Assembly: GCA_951406725.2 (NCBI GenBank)
Contig: OX597814.1
Coordinates: 173,662,001 to 173,726,000 of the forward strand
Reading direction: 5' to 3'
DNA length: 64,000 nucleotides
Source of the DNA: Octopus vulgaris
Taxonomy: Eukaryota
The position numbers and the translations under genes were made by a program. The notes beneath the pieces are model-generated. The model ran no database searches. It was not told the origin of the DNA and worked only from the letters and a program-made list of their open reading frames with translations. Shown piece by piece: positions 13,708 through 28,599 of the stretch; position 1 is the first letter of the stretch; every line of letters begins with the position of its first letter.

Positions 13708-13879
13708 GCTTACATAGCCTACATTTTCTCTGTCATTTGACCAGATATATATTTATATGTGTGTGGGCGTGTGTATGTGTGTGTACGTGTGTGTATGTGT
13801 GTGTGTGTGTATACAGTCAAATAAATGTCTGTATATGTGCATGAATATTGTGTGTTGCATTGAAAACATGATGGTGTCC

Positions 13880-14658
13880 TTTCTTTGTGTTCTTTATGAA
13901 GTCTTATCTTTCCATATTTCCGTACGACTTTATTGCATTTTGTTCTTGAACAGTAAAGTTCTCAAATATATCAACGTTTCTAGGCTTTCATTGTCCTATC
14001 TTCTGGAATAAGTAATGTTGGTGTGTGTTGGGCTTTTTTTAGTTTTTTAATTAGAATTTTTTACTGCTATCCATCAATCAGCTGTTTGTCTTTTGTTTGT
14101 AACTAATGTACATTATTATCCGTCTTTACTTTAGCGGTGTTCTTTCATCATTCATAAGGAATTTTTAGAGTATACAACTGTTATCCACTAACAATTTCCT
14201 GACTTGTTTTTTTATTTGCATATTACTGTACATTGAATTGCAATTGCTGTTTGTTGTAAGCTCATTGTGCACTGGTGGAAAAGCGCCGTACTTGTATGGC
14301 CAATATAACAGTCGGAGTCGTGAAGTTTACTATCGCTTAGTTTGCAATCTGATTTATAAATCGAAGTGGTCGTTTCTAAGCATGTTCGTGGGTTTACCGA
14401 TTTGTTTTGTTATTAAATATGAAAGTTTTTAATGCTAATGTTTTGTTGTATATTAGTTTATGATTTGATGTAACGTATTTTATGATCTGCTTCATAAAGA
14501 TTTTTATTGTGTTCGTCTACTTATAAATTGTATGTATTTGATTCATCTAATGTGTTGTTTATGTATTTTTAATAGAAGCAATGTTTAATGTATTTTTGCA
14601 TTTGCATTTGTGTTTCTGTTGTTATATAGCTTGGTGTATATGTTTGTTGCAATATTCG
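13880..14658 (-). pseudogene. Decayed Penelope-like element, GIY-YIG endonuclease remnant
   Basis: 14361-14221 translates IYKSDCKLSDSKLHDSDCYIGHTSTALFHQCTMSL, resembling PLE VYxFxCPLGDC...YIGxTxTxLxRRLTMHL; outer boundaries approximate. Confidence 0.6.
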
Positions 14659-14659
14659 A

Positions 14660-14660
14660 G

Positions 14661-14725
<65 letters not shown>

Positions 14726-14828
14726 TGTTTTATAGCACACAGGGTTGCAGACAGGACAAATTACAAGAAGCTTTCTTTGGGGAAAAAGGGTTTGTTTCGA
14801 TCAGATGAGATAGATAGATAGATGGATG

Positions 14829-14886
<58 letters not shown>

Positions 14887-14904
14887 CAGACGGACGGACG
14901 GACG

Positions 14905-14944
<40 letters not shown>

Positions 14945-14998
14945 GGTAGGTAGGTATGTATGTAGGTAGGTAGGTAGGTAGGTAGGTAGGTAGGTAGG

Positions 14999-15090
<92 letters not shown>
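14660..15090. repeat. (GATA)n/(GGAC)n/(GACA)n/(GGTA)n compound tetranucleotide array with a ~80-bp interruption
   Basis: Direct reading. Confidence 0.95.
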
Positions 15091-15091
<1 letters not shown>

Positions 15092-15742
15092 TAAATATTT
15101 GCGTTTTAAGACAAAAAAATGTGAAATGATCCTCTTACTGAAGTCGAAACTCACGCACACACACACTCACACACATATATATTGTATTATATTATATCAG
15201 ATTATATTATATTATATTATATTATATTATATTATATTATATTATGCTTCAAAACTTACAAGCGTTTTCCTCATAGATACATACATGATCTCAAAAAGCA
15301 AATTTTTGTTGCAGTAGAGGATGTATGTGTATATTTGTATACTAACTGTTAGTGTCCTGGAATAATCACCTTGTCTCGTGGGATGGTAAAGTTAAAGGTA
15401 TAAATAATCAGGAAAGTATATATTATTAGTAGGTAAGACTCAAGTAGAAAAACAAAGTTTCACACAAGTCTAGCTGCTAGTTAGTATACACAAATGTATG
15501 CGCACCAGAGTTTCTCACAAATCTGGATTATTACTTAGTTATATATAAATGTGAGCGCGCCCACACAAATATTTACACACATAAAACACAGCTGTGAACA
15601 GTTTGTTTGTGTGTACCTGAGCCAGCTTTGGTTATCTAGAACGTGCTGGTTAGGATACTGTGACGTTGTATCTTTTTTGCACACGTTTTTGTTCAAGCAC
15701 ACGTTTTTGTTCGCTGCTTCGTATGCTCATTCTGTACGGGTT

Positions 15743-16081
15743 ATTGGTTGGTAGACGAACTACATCTAGCACTACTTAGCTCTAGGTTCTCTTAGTAAAT
15801 TACAATTTATTGCAAACCTTTTGGTCAGATCGAAGATAGTTTGCTTCTTTCTACTCACCAATCCTGGAAGCTCTGAAAAGTGTCATAAGCGCTACCTGTC
15901 TCCATATTGGTTGGTAGACGAACTACATTTAGCACTATTTAGCTCTAGGTTTAACACTATCAAGCTCTAAATTCTCTTGGCAAGTTACACTTTATTGCAA
16001 ACCTTCGGGGCAAGTCGAAGATAACTTGCTCCTTTCCACTCACCAACCTTGAGAAGCGTCATAAGCGCCGCCTGTCTCTAT
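15743..16081. repeat. Diverged tandem dimer, about 163/175-bp units
   Basis: ATTGGTTGGTAGACGAACTACAT...GTCATAAGCGC.CCTGTCTC occurs twice head to tail. Confidence 0.85.
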
Positions 16082-16795
16082 AACTGAGACATTAAAAAAA
16101 TTCGAAACATTGCTAGAGGTGAGGATCTGTAAATGTATGTCATTGCATCAATCAACGGTCCGAGTAGTACAAACTGTTGTGTCACGTTTAAAGACACTAC
16201 TCTCTTCAACATGTAATTAACTTCAAGATGAGAGAAAATTATATCTCAAAAAGCAAATTTTTGTTGCAATAGAGGATGTTAGTGAGTATAGCAACATTAT
16301 AATACTCCAGTGGGAACCTCTGTGAAGTAGAGAAGCAGAAAATGCTTGATCCGAAGAAGAGATGGAAGATGCTAAATGTCAGCAACACGGTATTTAAATA
16401 TTACGGAAATCGAATAGGAATTTTCCTTCACAATTTCATAGTCCATGTTTTATCCCACTTCGACACATCTTAGGCAAGCATCCTCTACTGTAGACACTAT
16501 GACTGAACGAAAATTTGAAGACGGAAACAGAGATTATTACAGTTCTTGACTCGATGTTTGAATTTAACCTGTCAATCCCCACCATATCGTTCTTCGATGC
16601 GTTTAGTAAGGTTTACCTTATCGAAAGCATTCGAAGCCAGATTTTCAGTCTGTAAATAACTTCCTTTGGTATTTCTACAAGTGAGGAAGATTCTAAGGAT
16701 TATAGGCTTTATCCTTCCAATGAAAAAGAAACATTAATCCAAATATTTTATACGTCTACGAAAATGACCATGTTATGAAAAAAAAATGTGGTGTA

Positions 16796-17241
16796 TTTCT
16801 TTCTACAATAGGCACATGGCCTGGAATTTAGAGGAAAGGAGCTAGTCTATTATATCGGCCCCAGCGATCGACTGTTATTCATTTTATCGACCCCGAGAAG
16901 ATGAAAAGCAAAGTCGACCACGGTGCAATTTGAACTCAGAACATAAAGACGGTATAACCCTGCAAAGCATTTTGTCCGACGTGCTAACGATTCTACACGC
17001 TCGCTGGCTTAAAAAAAAAGATTATAGTTCTTTCTACAATAAACACAAAACCTGAAATTTTGTGAGAGGAGGCTAGTCTATGACATTGACATCAGGCCTT
17101 GACTGATACTTATTTTAACAACCCTGAAAAAATAAAAGGCAAAGTCGACGACGGTGGAATTTGAACTCAGAGAATAAAGACGGTATAATGTCACAAAGCA
17201 TTTTGTACGATGTGCTAACTTTTCTGGCAGATCACTGCCTT
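16796..17241 (-). mobile_element. Two tandem SINE family A copies
   Basis: Two reverse copies (16796-17010, 17027-17241) sharing the variant AAAGACGGTATAA and a TTAAAAAAAAA flank. Confidence 0.8.
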
Positions 17242-17756
17242 AAAAAAAAAAGCGGTGTAATTGAAAACGAAATTGCGACAATCGAGCAACGAACCATAAT
17301 TATATACAAGTGCCCCAGCACGGTCGCAGCCCAATCGCTGAAGCAAGTGAAAGCTGAAAGATGATGACGACTAGGAATGCGTAAATGAATCTACCTTATT
17401 CTAAAGAGAAATTAGCAGAGTACAGTGCAACTTGTTTACTCCATTTGTAGTTACTATAAAGGTATCTGTCGGTAATATATCAGAACACGGGGAACTTAAC
17501 AGCGCCTCTTAGTCTGTGATTACAATAGATAAAGATAATTAATTTTTCTGCAAAATCAATCACCGAGTATATAAGAGGTGTGTGTGTGTGTGTCTGTGTG
17601 TATGTGTGTGTGTGTATATATTTGTATGCATATGTGTGTTATTCACCTTACTTCGAGCTGTGCGGATAATACCGGACCGACTTGGTGCTTCAACCTAAGT
17701 ACCTAATCCAACTGAATCTCAATTATTTCTTATATATATACATATATATGTGTGTG

Positions 17757-17798
<42 letters not shown>

Positions 17799-17832
17799 CA
17801 CGCATTTATATATTTATGTATATATATATTAT

Positions 17833-17943
17833 ATGGTGGTGGTGGTGGTGGTGGTGGTGGTGGTGGTGGTAATGGTGGTGGTGGTGGTGGTGGTGGTAGT
17901 GGTGGTGGTGGTGGTGGTAATGGTGGTGGTGGTGGTGGTGGTG
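17833..17943. repeat. (GGT)n microsatellite
   Basis: Direct reading; explains poly-G/P/V ORFs. Confidence 0.95.
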
Positions 17944-18168
17944 ATTCAGAAAAATATATTGAAATACTGAGACAGAAGAACAATTAGTAGATTAAGATTC
18001 AAAATTTCCTTCAGAAATTATTTATTGTAGAAAATACTTGGGTTCTTCATCAGGTTGCAAAACCTGTACACCGGAGTCTACAAAACATTTATTAACTGTT
18101 AGAGTACATAAGTGAACGAAAGCGCTGGAGTTTCAGGTCAGCGATATATATATACATACATACATACA

Positions 18169-18224
<56 letters not shown>

Positions 18225-18919
18225 GGAGAGAGCTAGAGAGAGATACATACATACATACATACATACATACATACATACATACATACATACATACATACAT
18301 ACATACATACATACATACATACATACATACGTTAATGTGTGTGTATGTATGAGGAATTTGAGCTTCGCCCTGTTAGCATAGAGTCTGTTCCTCTAGACTA
18401 TATACACTGTCCAAAAGGAGTCTAAGCTTGCTCCTTCTTAAAATCATAATATATGTCTGTTTCTGAAAGACAAGTGTTTTTTTTAATAAACACTTTATTA
18501 TTCATTGTTTTGCAAGGAACTGTTTGATGGAGATAAAGATGGAGATCTCCGCACGCATGCGCCGAGAAATTTATCTCTATTTATGGCACTTGATAATGAG
18601 GTGCTTATGACAATACCGTCAGTTTTTAACGATCAGCTATCTCGAAAAAACAAAGACAGATTTATTCCAAACAAACAGATAGTCTGTAAACGATTTACAT
18701 GGAGCTAACAACGGAACCTCCACATGTCACACAACCTTCCAGAAATAGCAACCAAATTTCATTAAAATTAAACATCTTACTGCCTTAAAAACATGCAGAT
18801 ACAATGACTAATATAATTCCAGATCATATATCTACTCGGCCAGGACTGACCTGGGGTTAAATAAACAACAACTAATGGTATAACCTTTGAAAAATGATAT
18901 CATTGAAGAAGATCTTAAG

Positions 18920-19577
18920 ACCAACTTTTCAGCAGCTTCCCCAGAGCCCTTGGGGAAAGCCCCAATCGTTGACGCAATGACCAGGCGCTCAAGATGTTTG
19001 CTAAGAGCTTAACAATTGCCTTGAGCACAAGTAAACACCATACTATGCTCCACAGAAGTCAATTACATTTGTCAAAGTTGGAGAGGCAGCACGTTCATGA
19101 CCAAAATGAAAGGTGGTCCTCCTCTGCAGAACCTTTGACTAACAGTTGCAGGTTCGATTTAGACAGTTGAAGTTTACACAGAATGCAATATCAATATTGC
19201 TCCAGCCAGACATGATCTTCACGTCCGAAACAACAAAACGACTAATCATGCAGGAACTTCACTACCCAGGGAAGAGTTTATTCACCAAGCCAATGAAGAG
19301 GAAATGTGCGAAGTATTATTAACTGGTGAAGGAGTTGGAAAACATATTATGAATCTCTAGTGGTTCTGTAGAGGCTCTGTAGGATGCCCACTCCGCTTGA
19401 AGTTCGCAATGGATTGGGATTTCCAGGTATGAGAATAAAGAAGAGGAGCGTTCAGTCTACATGCGATGCGTAGAAAGCCACCAGGTGCTTTTGCTTAAGA
19501 GAACTATCCAATGAACAGTTACTGCTGGACGCAAGTCGGAGTCAGGCCAATTCCGGCTGGGTCACCTAGATGTGGAT
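18920..19577 (+). mobile_element. HERO-like (R2 superfamily) retrotransposon 3' remnant
   Basis: Fragments FSSFPRALGE..R*RNDQALK, QLQ(V)DLD, LLQPDMIFTSETTKRLIMQEL, EEFIHQANE, RKCAKY follow the HERO CCHC-RLE order; many frameshifts. Confidence 0.75.
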
Positions 19578-19583
19578 GACTTA

Positions 19584-20302
19584 TACTCTTTTACTCTTTT
19601 ACTTGTTTCAGTCATTTGACTCCAGCAATGCTGGAGCACCGCCCTTAGTCGAGCAAATCGACCCCAGTACTTATTCTTTATAAACCTAGTACTTATTCTA
19701 TCGGTCACATTTGCCGAACCGCTAAGTTATGGGGATGTAAACACACCAGCATCGGTTGTCAAGCGATGTTGGGCGGGGGGACAAACACAGACACACATAT
19801 ATACGACGGGCTTCTTTCAGTTTCCGTCTACCAAATCCACTCACAAGGCTTTGGTCGGCCCGAGGCTATAGTAGAAGACACTTCCTCAAGGTGCCACCCA
19901 GTGGGACTGAACCCGGAACCATGTAGTTGGTAAGCAAGCTACTTACCACACAGCGACAGACTCACCAGACTCGATGGCGTCAGGTTACATGCGTGGTGAT
20001 GTATGTTCCAGCTCATCCAAGAAATGTATTATCTTGCACATATATATTAGTATAATGTGCCTTAATATATTCTTTTATTCTTTTATTTGTTTCAGATATT
20101 TGGTTGCAGCCATGCTGGAGCACCGTATAAAGGGTTTTTTAGTCGAACAAATCGACCCCAGCAATTATTCTTTGTAAGCGCAGTACTTATTCTATTGGTA
20201 TTTTTCTGAACCGCTAAGTTACGGGGACGTAAACACAACAACATCGGTTGTCAAGCGACGGTAGGAGAACAAACACAGACATAAACACACACATATAATT
20301 AT

Positions 20303-20357
<55 letters not shown>

Positions 20358-20857
20358 GACGGGCTTAATTCAGTTTCCGTCTGCCAAATCCACTCACAAG
20401 ACTTTGGTCAGCTCGAAGCTATAGTAGGGGACACTTGCCCAAGGTATCACGAAGTGGGACTGAACCCGGAACCATGTAGTTGGTAAGCAAGCTACTTACC
20501 ACACAGCGAAGACTCACCAGACTCTCTCGATGGCGTCAGGTTACATGCGTGGTGATGTATGTTCCAGCTCATCCAAGAAATGTATTATCTTGCACATATA
20601 TATTAGTATAATGTGCTTAATATATTCTTTTATTCTTTTATTTGTTTCAGATATTTGGTTGCAGCCATGCTGGAGCACCGTATAAAGGGTTTTTTAGTCG
20701 AACAAATCGACCCCAGCAATTATTCTTTGTAAGCGCAGTACTTATTCTATTGGTATTTTTCTGAACCGCTAAGTTACGGGGACGTAAACACAACAACATC
20801 GGTTGTCAAGCGACGGTAGGAGAACAAACACAGACATAAACACACACATATAATTAT

Positions 20858-20913
<56 letters not shown>

Positions 20914-21070
20914 GACGGACTTAATTCAGTTTCCGTCTGCCAAATCCACTCACAAGACTTTGGTCAGCTCGAAGCTATAGTAGGGGACACTTGCCCAAGG
21001 TATCACGAAGTGGGACTGAACCCGGAATCATCTGAGTCGGAAGTAATCTTCTAACCACATAGCCACGCCT
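19584..21070 (-). mobile_element. Three SINE family C copies (19584-19956, 20071-20508, 20625-21070) containing a ~553-bp tandem duplication
   Basis: Reverse copies with tail CTTTTACTTGTTTCAG and head GGGACTGAACCCGGAACC; unique spacer GACTCACCAGACTC...TATAATGTGC occurs twice. Confidence 0.9.
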
Positions 21071-22360
21071 TTTCCAAATAACTTCCAACTATTTTATAGC
21101 GGACGAGTCATATCTAATTAGATATTTAATTTTGGTTTATCTCGTCATTTAGTTTCCGATCGGTTGACATTCCAGAGATGAAAGCTTAGCTTTGGTGGTT
21201 AGTGCATGGTTTCGGTGATGAGATGAAGTACTAAAATCAGCGAAAGGAGAAATAACAGGTTTATCGAATGAACGTTGATAGAGATGAAATGTAACTAGCT
21301 AGTTCAGAGGAACAAAAGCAGTTATAGTATCGATAGAAAAAGAGTAAGGACACAAAGAGGAGATCGAGATGCATTGACATGTGAGTCTTTGCCAATCGCC
21401 GGATAGAATTCTCCTGAGTGAGATCTTGGTTGTCTGTACATACAGTAGCAGCACCATCCAAGATGTGTTCGCAGCATTCCACCATGGAACACTGTGAAAT
21501 ATTATCTTAAGATGAAAGCTAAGAAGTAGTGTGTAACAGAAAATGCTTGGTCATACTGATATGGTAGTTATCTTGTATGAAGATCAAAGAAACAGAAATC
21601 ATAATATTATAAGACAGTGAGATATCCACACCATTCAAAATAAAAGCTAATTAATGAAGGCAAAACTGCGGTATTCTAAAACGTAAACGGATCGCGGAGA
21701 CGGCGGTTCAACTGGAGATTTATCAATTCTCGATAGTATTTACTATAGAATAAATTTTCGGATTATCTGAAAATTGGTTTTAAGCTAAATATGAACTCAA
21801 AGAATTTCAGGTGAGGAAGGATATGATGCAACATTCAAGTCTTACTCATTGGCATTTTCAGAAAGGAAAACAAATTTAGCTACTGAGATTACCAAGAACT
21901 TAACATTACTTGCAGACGATACCAGAAACGAAGACCCGCGGAAATATGATTCATCTCACCCCTTCCATTTTCCACACAATTTTGTTGGCAAAAACCAATT
22001 TGTTAAGATGCAAAGGACCGGTAGGTTCCGAGAGAACTCGCTTCCAGTCCCACAAAACAAAAAATTGTATATAGTCATAGACTGGCGAATCTGTTCGTCG
22101 TCGGTTCGGTTCGAGTCCGTGATGTTGACAAGCCACAAAAATTGTGAAATATCGGTATTCATCACTCTTGTGCGAGACCGGAGGCGAATTGTCTCACCTG
22201 TCTATAACATTCAGGTGTTTTAACACCCAGTACTATGAGGGAAACGTTACCAGGGTGCTGTACGGCAGCGAACCGGCGAACAAGCAAAACACAAACATCG
22301 AGTATGTGCAGTCGATAGTGTCTACAACACTAATGCTGCTTTTAACTTATAATTGAATAC

Positions 22361-22981
<621 letters not shown>

Positions 22982-23485
22982 GACCTTCCTTAAAGAGATA
23001 GAGCGATTTAAAACTGATCATACATTTATTTCTCATCAGTTTAAAACATCAACGATATTTTGATCTTAGTAAAACTATAGTCTAATAATGTTTATATGTA
23101 TCTGATATCACAGTTCTAAACCAAACTCCCATCCAAATCAAACTGCTTACTTCACTGTCTTCAACAGGCTCATATAATTCTAAAGGATTTGTGCATCCTG
23201 TTCATATTAAGATAATGCAGCTGGTTTAATGCTTATGATGACTATTCTGTTGATGCCTAACTTTTACAGGATAATATTACATACTTTTTTTTGTTAGTTT
23301 GTATTTTCTTGGGCTTATTGGAGTAGTTTTTAAATCTTTTTTAAAATTTCGCACGTGCACTATCTTAAATATTCCAGACAACTAGTATGTGTGTGTGTGT
23401 GCGTTATGTATGCGTATGTGTGTCTTCCAGTGTGTGTATGTGAGTATGTACGTGCATATATACATGTGTGAGTGTGTGTGTGTGT

Positions 23486-23577
<92 letters not shown>

Positions 23578-23868
23578 CTCAACTCATTGGAAGCAAGCAA
23601 GGCGGAAATAAATTGAAATGTGAGAAATCCTGGCTGTGAGAGGAATATAAGAATGCAAACATATTACTTCTATACTTTTGATGTACGGGAAAGAGGTGAA
23701 GTCTCACGATCGACCGTTTCATGGTCTGTTCGGCGCTCTTCAGAGAAGATGCATCCAGTTTCTTTCACTAACCAATGGCATAGAATATTCATCTACATAT
23801 AAAGCAGTCGTGAATTAGGTTATTCCTTAACCTGTAAATTTTCATATAGAGACATACATATATACAAA

Positions 23869-24341
<473 letters not shown>

Positions 24342-24645
24342 ATGATCTTATTTACTGAATAATTAAATATTTTATTGATCTTTCGATTTCAAAGTTTTTA
24401 GATTTAATATTTATTAAAGACCGAATTCCTATTAAATTATATATCTATATACAAACATGTATTGTCGCAAGGTGAGTAGGGTGATGTAAAATCTATCGCA
24501 CGAAAAAAATTAATCTAGATCAGGCTCAAAATTAATGAGGCCATACAGAGCAGCAATGGTAAGCTACTACTACTACTGCTGCTGTTGCTGCTGCTGCTGC
24601 AGATATAATTTTAGACTATTCTTGCGGTTTGCAACAGAAACAGTT

Positions 24646-24690
<45 letters not shown>

Positions 24691-24903
24691 TAGATAGATA
24701 GATAGATACATACATACATACATACATACGTACATACATACATACATACATACTTACATACATACATACATACATACAGACATACATGCATACATACATA
24801 TATACATGCATATAAAAATACTAATACATATACACAAACATACACATTTACATAGATATCGTACACACACACGTACACTTACAAATATATACATATATAT
24901 GTG

Positions 24904-24956
<53 letters not shown>

Positions 24957-25747
24957 CCGTTCTCTAACGAAAGTATTTACTCAACAAGTTTTGGCAATAT
25001 CTTGCACCTGGGTGTATGTATACGTGTATGTGCATGGTTTGCCTGCATAGGTGCGTGTGTATTTACATGTATGTGTATGAGTTTGTACGTATATGTATAT
25101 TAGTATTTATTTTCTCATTGGCAGACAGTCCGTTTTTTTTAATCATTATTATTTTATTTTTTCTTTCTTAAAAAGTGTGGGAGGAGCTGGTGGGAACGTT
25201 ACCACTATCCGTTCTTGTAGGCGGTCTGTTATACAAGAACGTTGCTGGTGAGAGGATTCCTCTCTGCTCACTGAAAAACAAATCTGATCTGTTTGACGTG
25301 TTCAAGGTTGTTCTCATATAACGTACAAACTTTAACATCTGTTACCAGAACGGGTTTTCTCAAAGTCGCAAGGATTTGTATATAATCTAGCAGACAAATA
25401 TATAACATGTGAAGCACGCATACAAATACACAAGCAAAAAACAGAAAAATGTGTGTGTATGCGCGCTTGTACATTTGTGTGTGTATGTCTATGCGTATGT
25501 GTTTGTGTGTGTGTGTGTGTGTTTGTATGTGTGTGCTTCTGTATATCGGTCTGTCTGTGTCTGCCTGTGTTTCTATGTTTTATGTGTGCTCACGAACTTC
25601 ATCTAAATGTAGATACGCTCTTTTAATATGGAGGCCAACAAAATTCAAAATGTAAACAATAATAACCTCTACAATAAATTTTTATTTTTCAAAATGAAAC
25701 AGAACTAACAGTAAGACAGAAGATAATGTTTATTTTTGTATTTTTTA

Positions 25748-26026
25748 TGCGCCCTTTCCAAGCCTAACCAGGCTCATGGGCCCGGTTTCCCGGTTTCTGT
25801 GACGTATGTGTCCCCCCCCCCCCCCCAGCAGGACAGGACGCCAGTTCATCACAGCGTTACTCAAGAAACAGGAAGAAAGCCTGAGAGAAAGTTGGGGCGA
25901 AAGAGAACAACAGGGGTCGCCACCCACCCACCTGCCTGAGCGTCGTAGAGCTTTAGGTGTTTTCGCTCAATAAACACATAATGCCCGGTCTGGGAATCTA
26001 CCCTAACCACTGGGCCATTGCGCCTC
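25748..26026 (-). mobile_element. SINE family B variant with different middle domain
   Basis: 3' domain GCTCATGGGCCCGGTTTCCCGGTTTC is shared with 6221-6464; partly deleted tRNA head CTAACCACTGGGCCATTGCGCC. Confidence 0.8.
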
Positions 26027-26639
26027 CACTATTTTTTTTTTTTTTTGTATACTTTCACTTTATTTATAATTGAAAAGTTTATTCCTGCATTTTTTTTTAA
26101 TTGCAAAATCTTTGATCAGATCCTCATTATGACACCATGAACACTTCGAAATTATATTTCCGATCATATAAACCACTTCGAATATTATTTTAGCAAGTTT
26201 AAAGTGATTTCTTTGACGCCGTAAACCATTTACCATTTCCGTGGTTTTCCCCGCTTCCCTTGATGCCCCTAAGCACGTGCTTATTTTGCTTAATAGTTAA
26301 TCCAGCGCTGGGTTCTGGAGTATTTCTTTATAAGATATTACAACCACCTCAAGCACAATAAATCATTCTGCTCTCGTTGTGAAACCAAATGCTTTGGAGT
26401 TTCTCACCACTACTAAAACCATCACCACCACCACTACCACCACCACCACCACAATTGCCAACAAACACCACCCCCAATACCAAAACCTCCACCATCATCA
26501 CCTTGTATCCTCAAATTCTTTTGGAGAAGTTCCAGTCACTACGAAGCTTCTTGAAACTCCTCATAAAGAATCTTAGATTTTGGCTTTATAGTACATAACC
26601 TTCCTTTAAACGAGGGCACGAATTCCGATTGATATATTT

Positions 26640-26950
26640 TTCTTCTTCACCTCTTTCACCTACTTCTCCTCCTCCACCTCCTCATCCTTCCTCCCATTCT
26701 TCTTAACGTTGTTGTTGTTGTTCTTGTTGTTGTTGTTGTTATTCTTCTTCTTCTTCTTCTTCTTCTTCTTCTTTTTCTCCTTCTCCTCCTCCTTCTCCTC
26801 CTCCTCCTAGTTATTTTGTCATTATCACCGCACCGGCCGCCACCACTGCTTCTGTCGTCGCAATCATCATCGTCATCATCATCATTATTCTCAACATCAT
26901 CATTATCTTCATCATCATCATCATCATCATCAGCAGCATCATCATCAACA
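26640..26950. repeat. Low-complexity trinucleotide mosaic (CCT, GTT, CTT, CAT)
   Basis: Direct reading. Confidence 0.9.
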
Positions 26951-27728
26951 ACGTTACCGTGACAGTTTCTTACTACCCTTTTTTCCCAACCATTTATATA
27001 TGCATATAATATATATATATATATGATATATACATGTATGCATGTATGTATGTATGTATGTACACATACTCATATACATATATATATGTGTGTGTGTTCA
27101 TATATACATATTTGTGTGTGCGTGTGTGTGTGTGTGTGTGTGCATACGCATAAATATCTACATTCGTGTACGCAGACAAGCACATGTACAAATATGAATA
27201 TATGTATGTGTGTATGTGTGTGTGTACATATGTAGGTTTATATATGTACATATGTACGTTTATATACATATAAATTATACACATACATATATACATGTAG
27301 CTATATTTTTCTAGGGATAACAGTGTAAGTTCATTGTGTTACGCTGTCAAGAACTAGGTTAGTCACACACAATGTATGTAAGACGAGTGATGAAAAACAT
27401 AAGGGTGAGACAAAAAAATACGTTAAAGAAACCAGGGGCCAGAAAAAAATAAAAACTGTCATAATACGCCTAGACAGCGTTTTGCCCTTTCTTCGTAAAC
27501 CAGAAGTTCTTAAGATTGCCATCATGTCGTTCAAGTTGAACGCTTTCTTTATGCTTCACTGCACACACACACCGACACGTGAATACACACACACACACAA
27601 ACACACACAGTCACAAAACAAATGCACCTATAGATATTACAATTTTTACATATTGTATAATGGATACAATTTCAGTCATATATAATACTTACATAGTATA
27701 CATGTATAATATATGCATGATATATATG

Positions 27729-27766
<38 letters not shown>

Positions 27767-27908
27767 AGTAGTTGAATGAATTATCTTATTAAGGATAATT
27801 CGAATTAACCGATACCTGGGTAGCAAATTCACATCAGAAAAAACACGGTTGAAGTTACGTGCCTAGGGCATTGAATTTTGTTAATTCGTCGTTCAGCTCC
27901 ATTCTTTC

Positions 27909-27988
<80 letters not shown>

Positions 27989-28599
27989 GTATATATATAT
28001 ATTTCTATATATATATATATCAGTACACGTCTATGCATACAAGTGCTTATGCACGTACATACACATACACATATATCTACATACCTGCATACAAACATTT
28101 AAAATCATGCACAAATATGTATATATGTGTTATGTGTACAGGCGCATGTATGTATGTATGTATGTATGCATGCATGCATGTATGTATGTATGTATGTATG
28201 TATGTATGTATGTATGTATGTATGTATGTATGTTGGTAGGTAGGTAGGTAGGTAGGTATGCATGCATGCATGCATGTATGTATGTATGTATGTATGTATG
28301 TATGTATGTATGTATGTGTGTATGTATGTAGGTACGTACGTACGTACGTACGTACGTATATATGTATTTATAGGGTGTGTCCATCTGTCAATAAGTGGGA
28401 ATATATAATTATTTACTTAAAGAACAGTGCGTGTCATAAACGGTAGGGTACCTGACTAAATGCTGTGCAGTATTTTTCATGGTTTAGTCAGAGGATGTTG
28501 GGTAGCCACCACCCATCACGACCTTTTCGGGGGCTCCGAGACTGGCACAGGAAGTGAGGCATTTAGTTAAGTTTCTTTATCTTGTCTCTATTTTCTAAT

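Noticed and set aside
17833-17943. Gly-rich protein or telomere-like repeat
   Set aside because: Simple (GGT)n microsatellite next to (GT)n/(TA)n; not TTAGGG and no splice context.
21956-22165. BEL/Pao reverse transcriptase fragment (FLWL motif)
   Set aside because: Single short motif; downstream FG..SSP and YVDD motifs absent.
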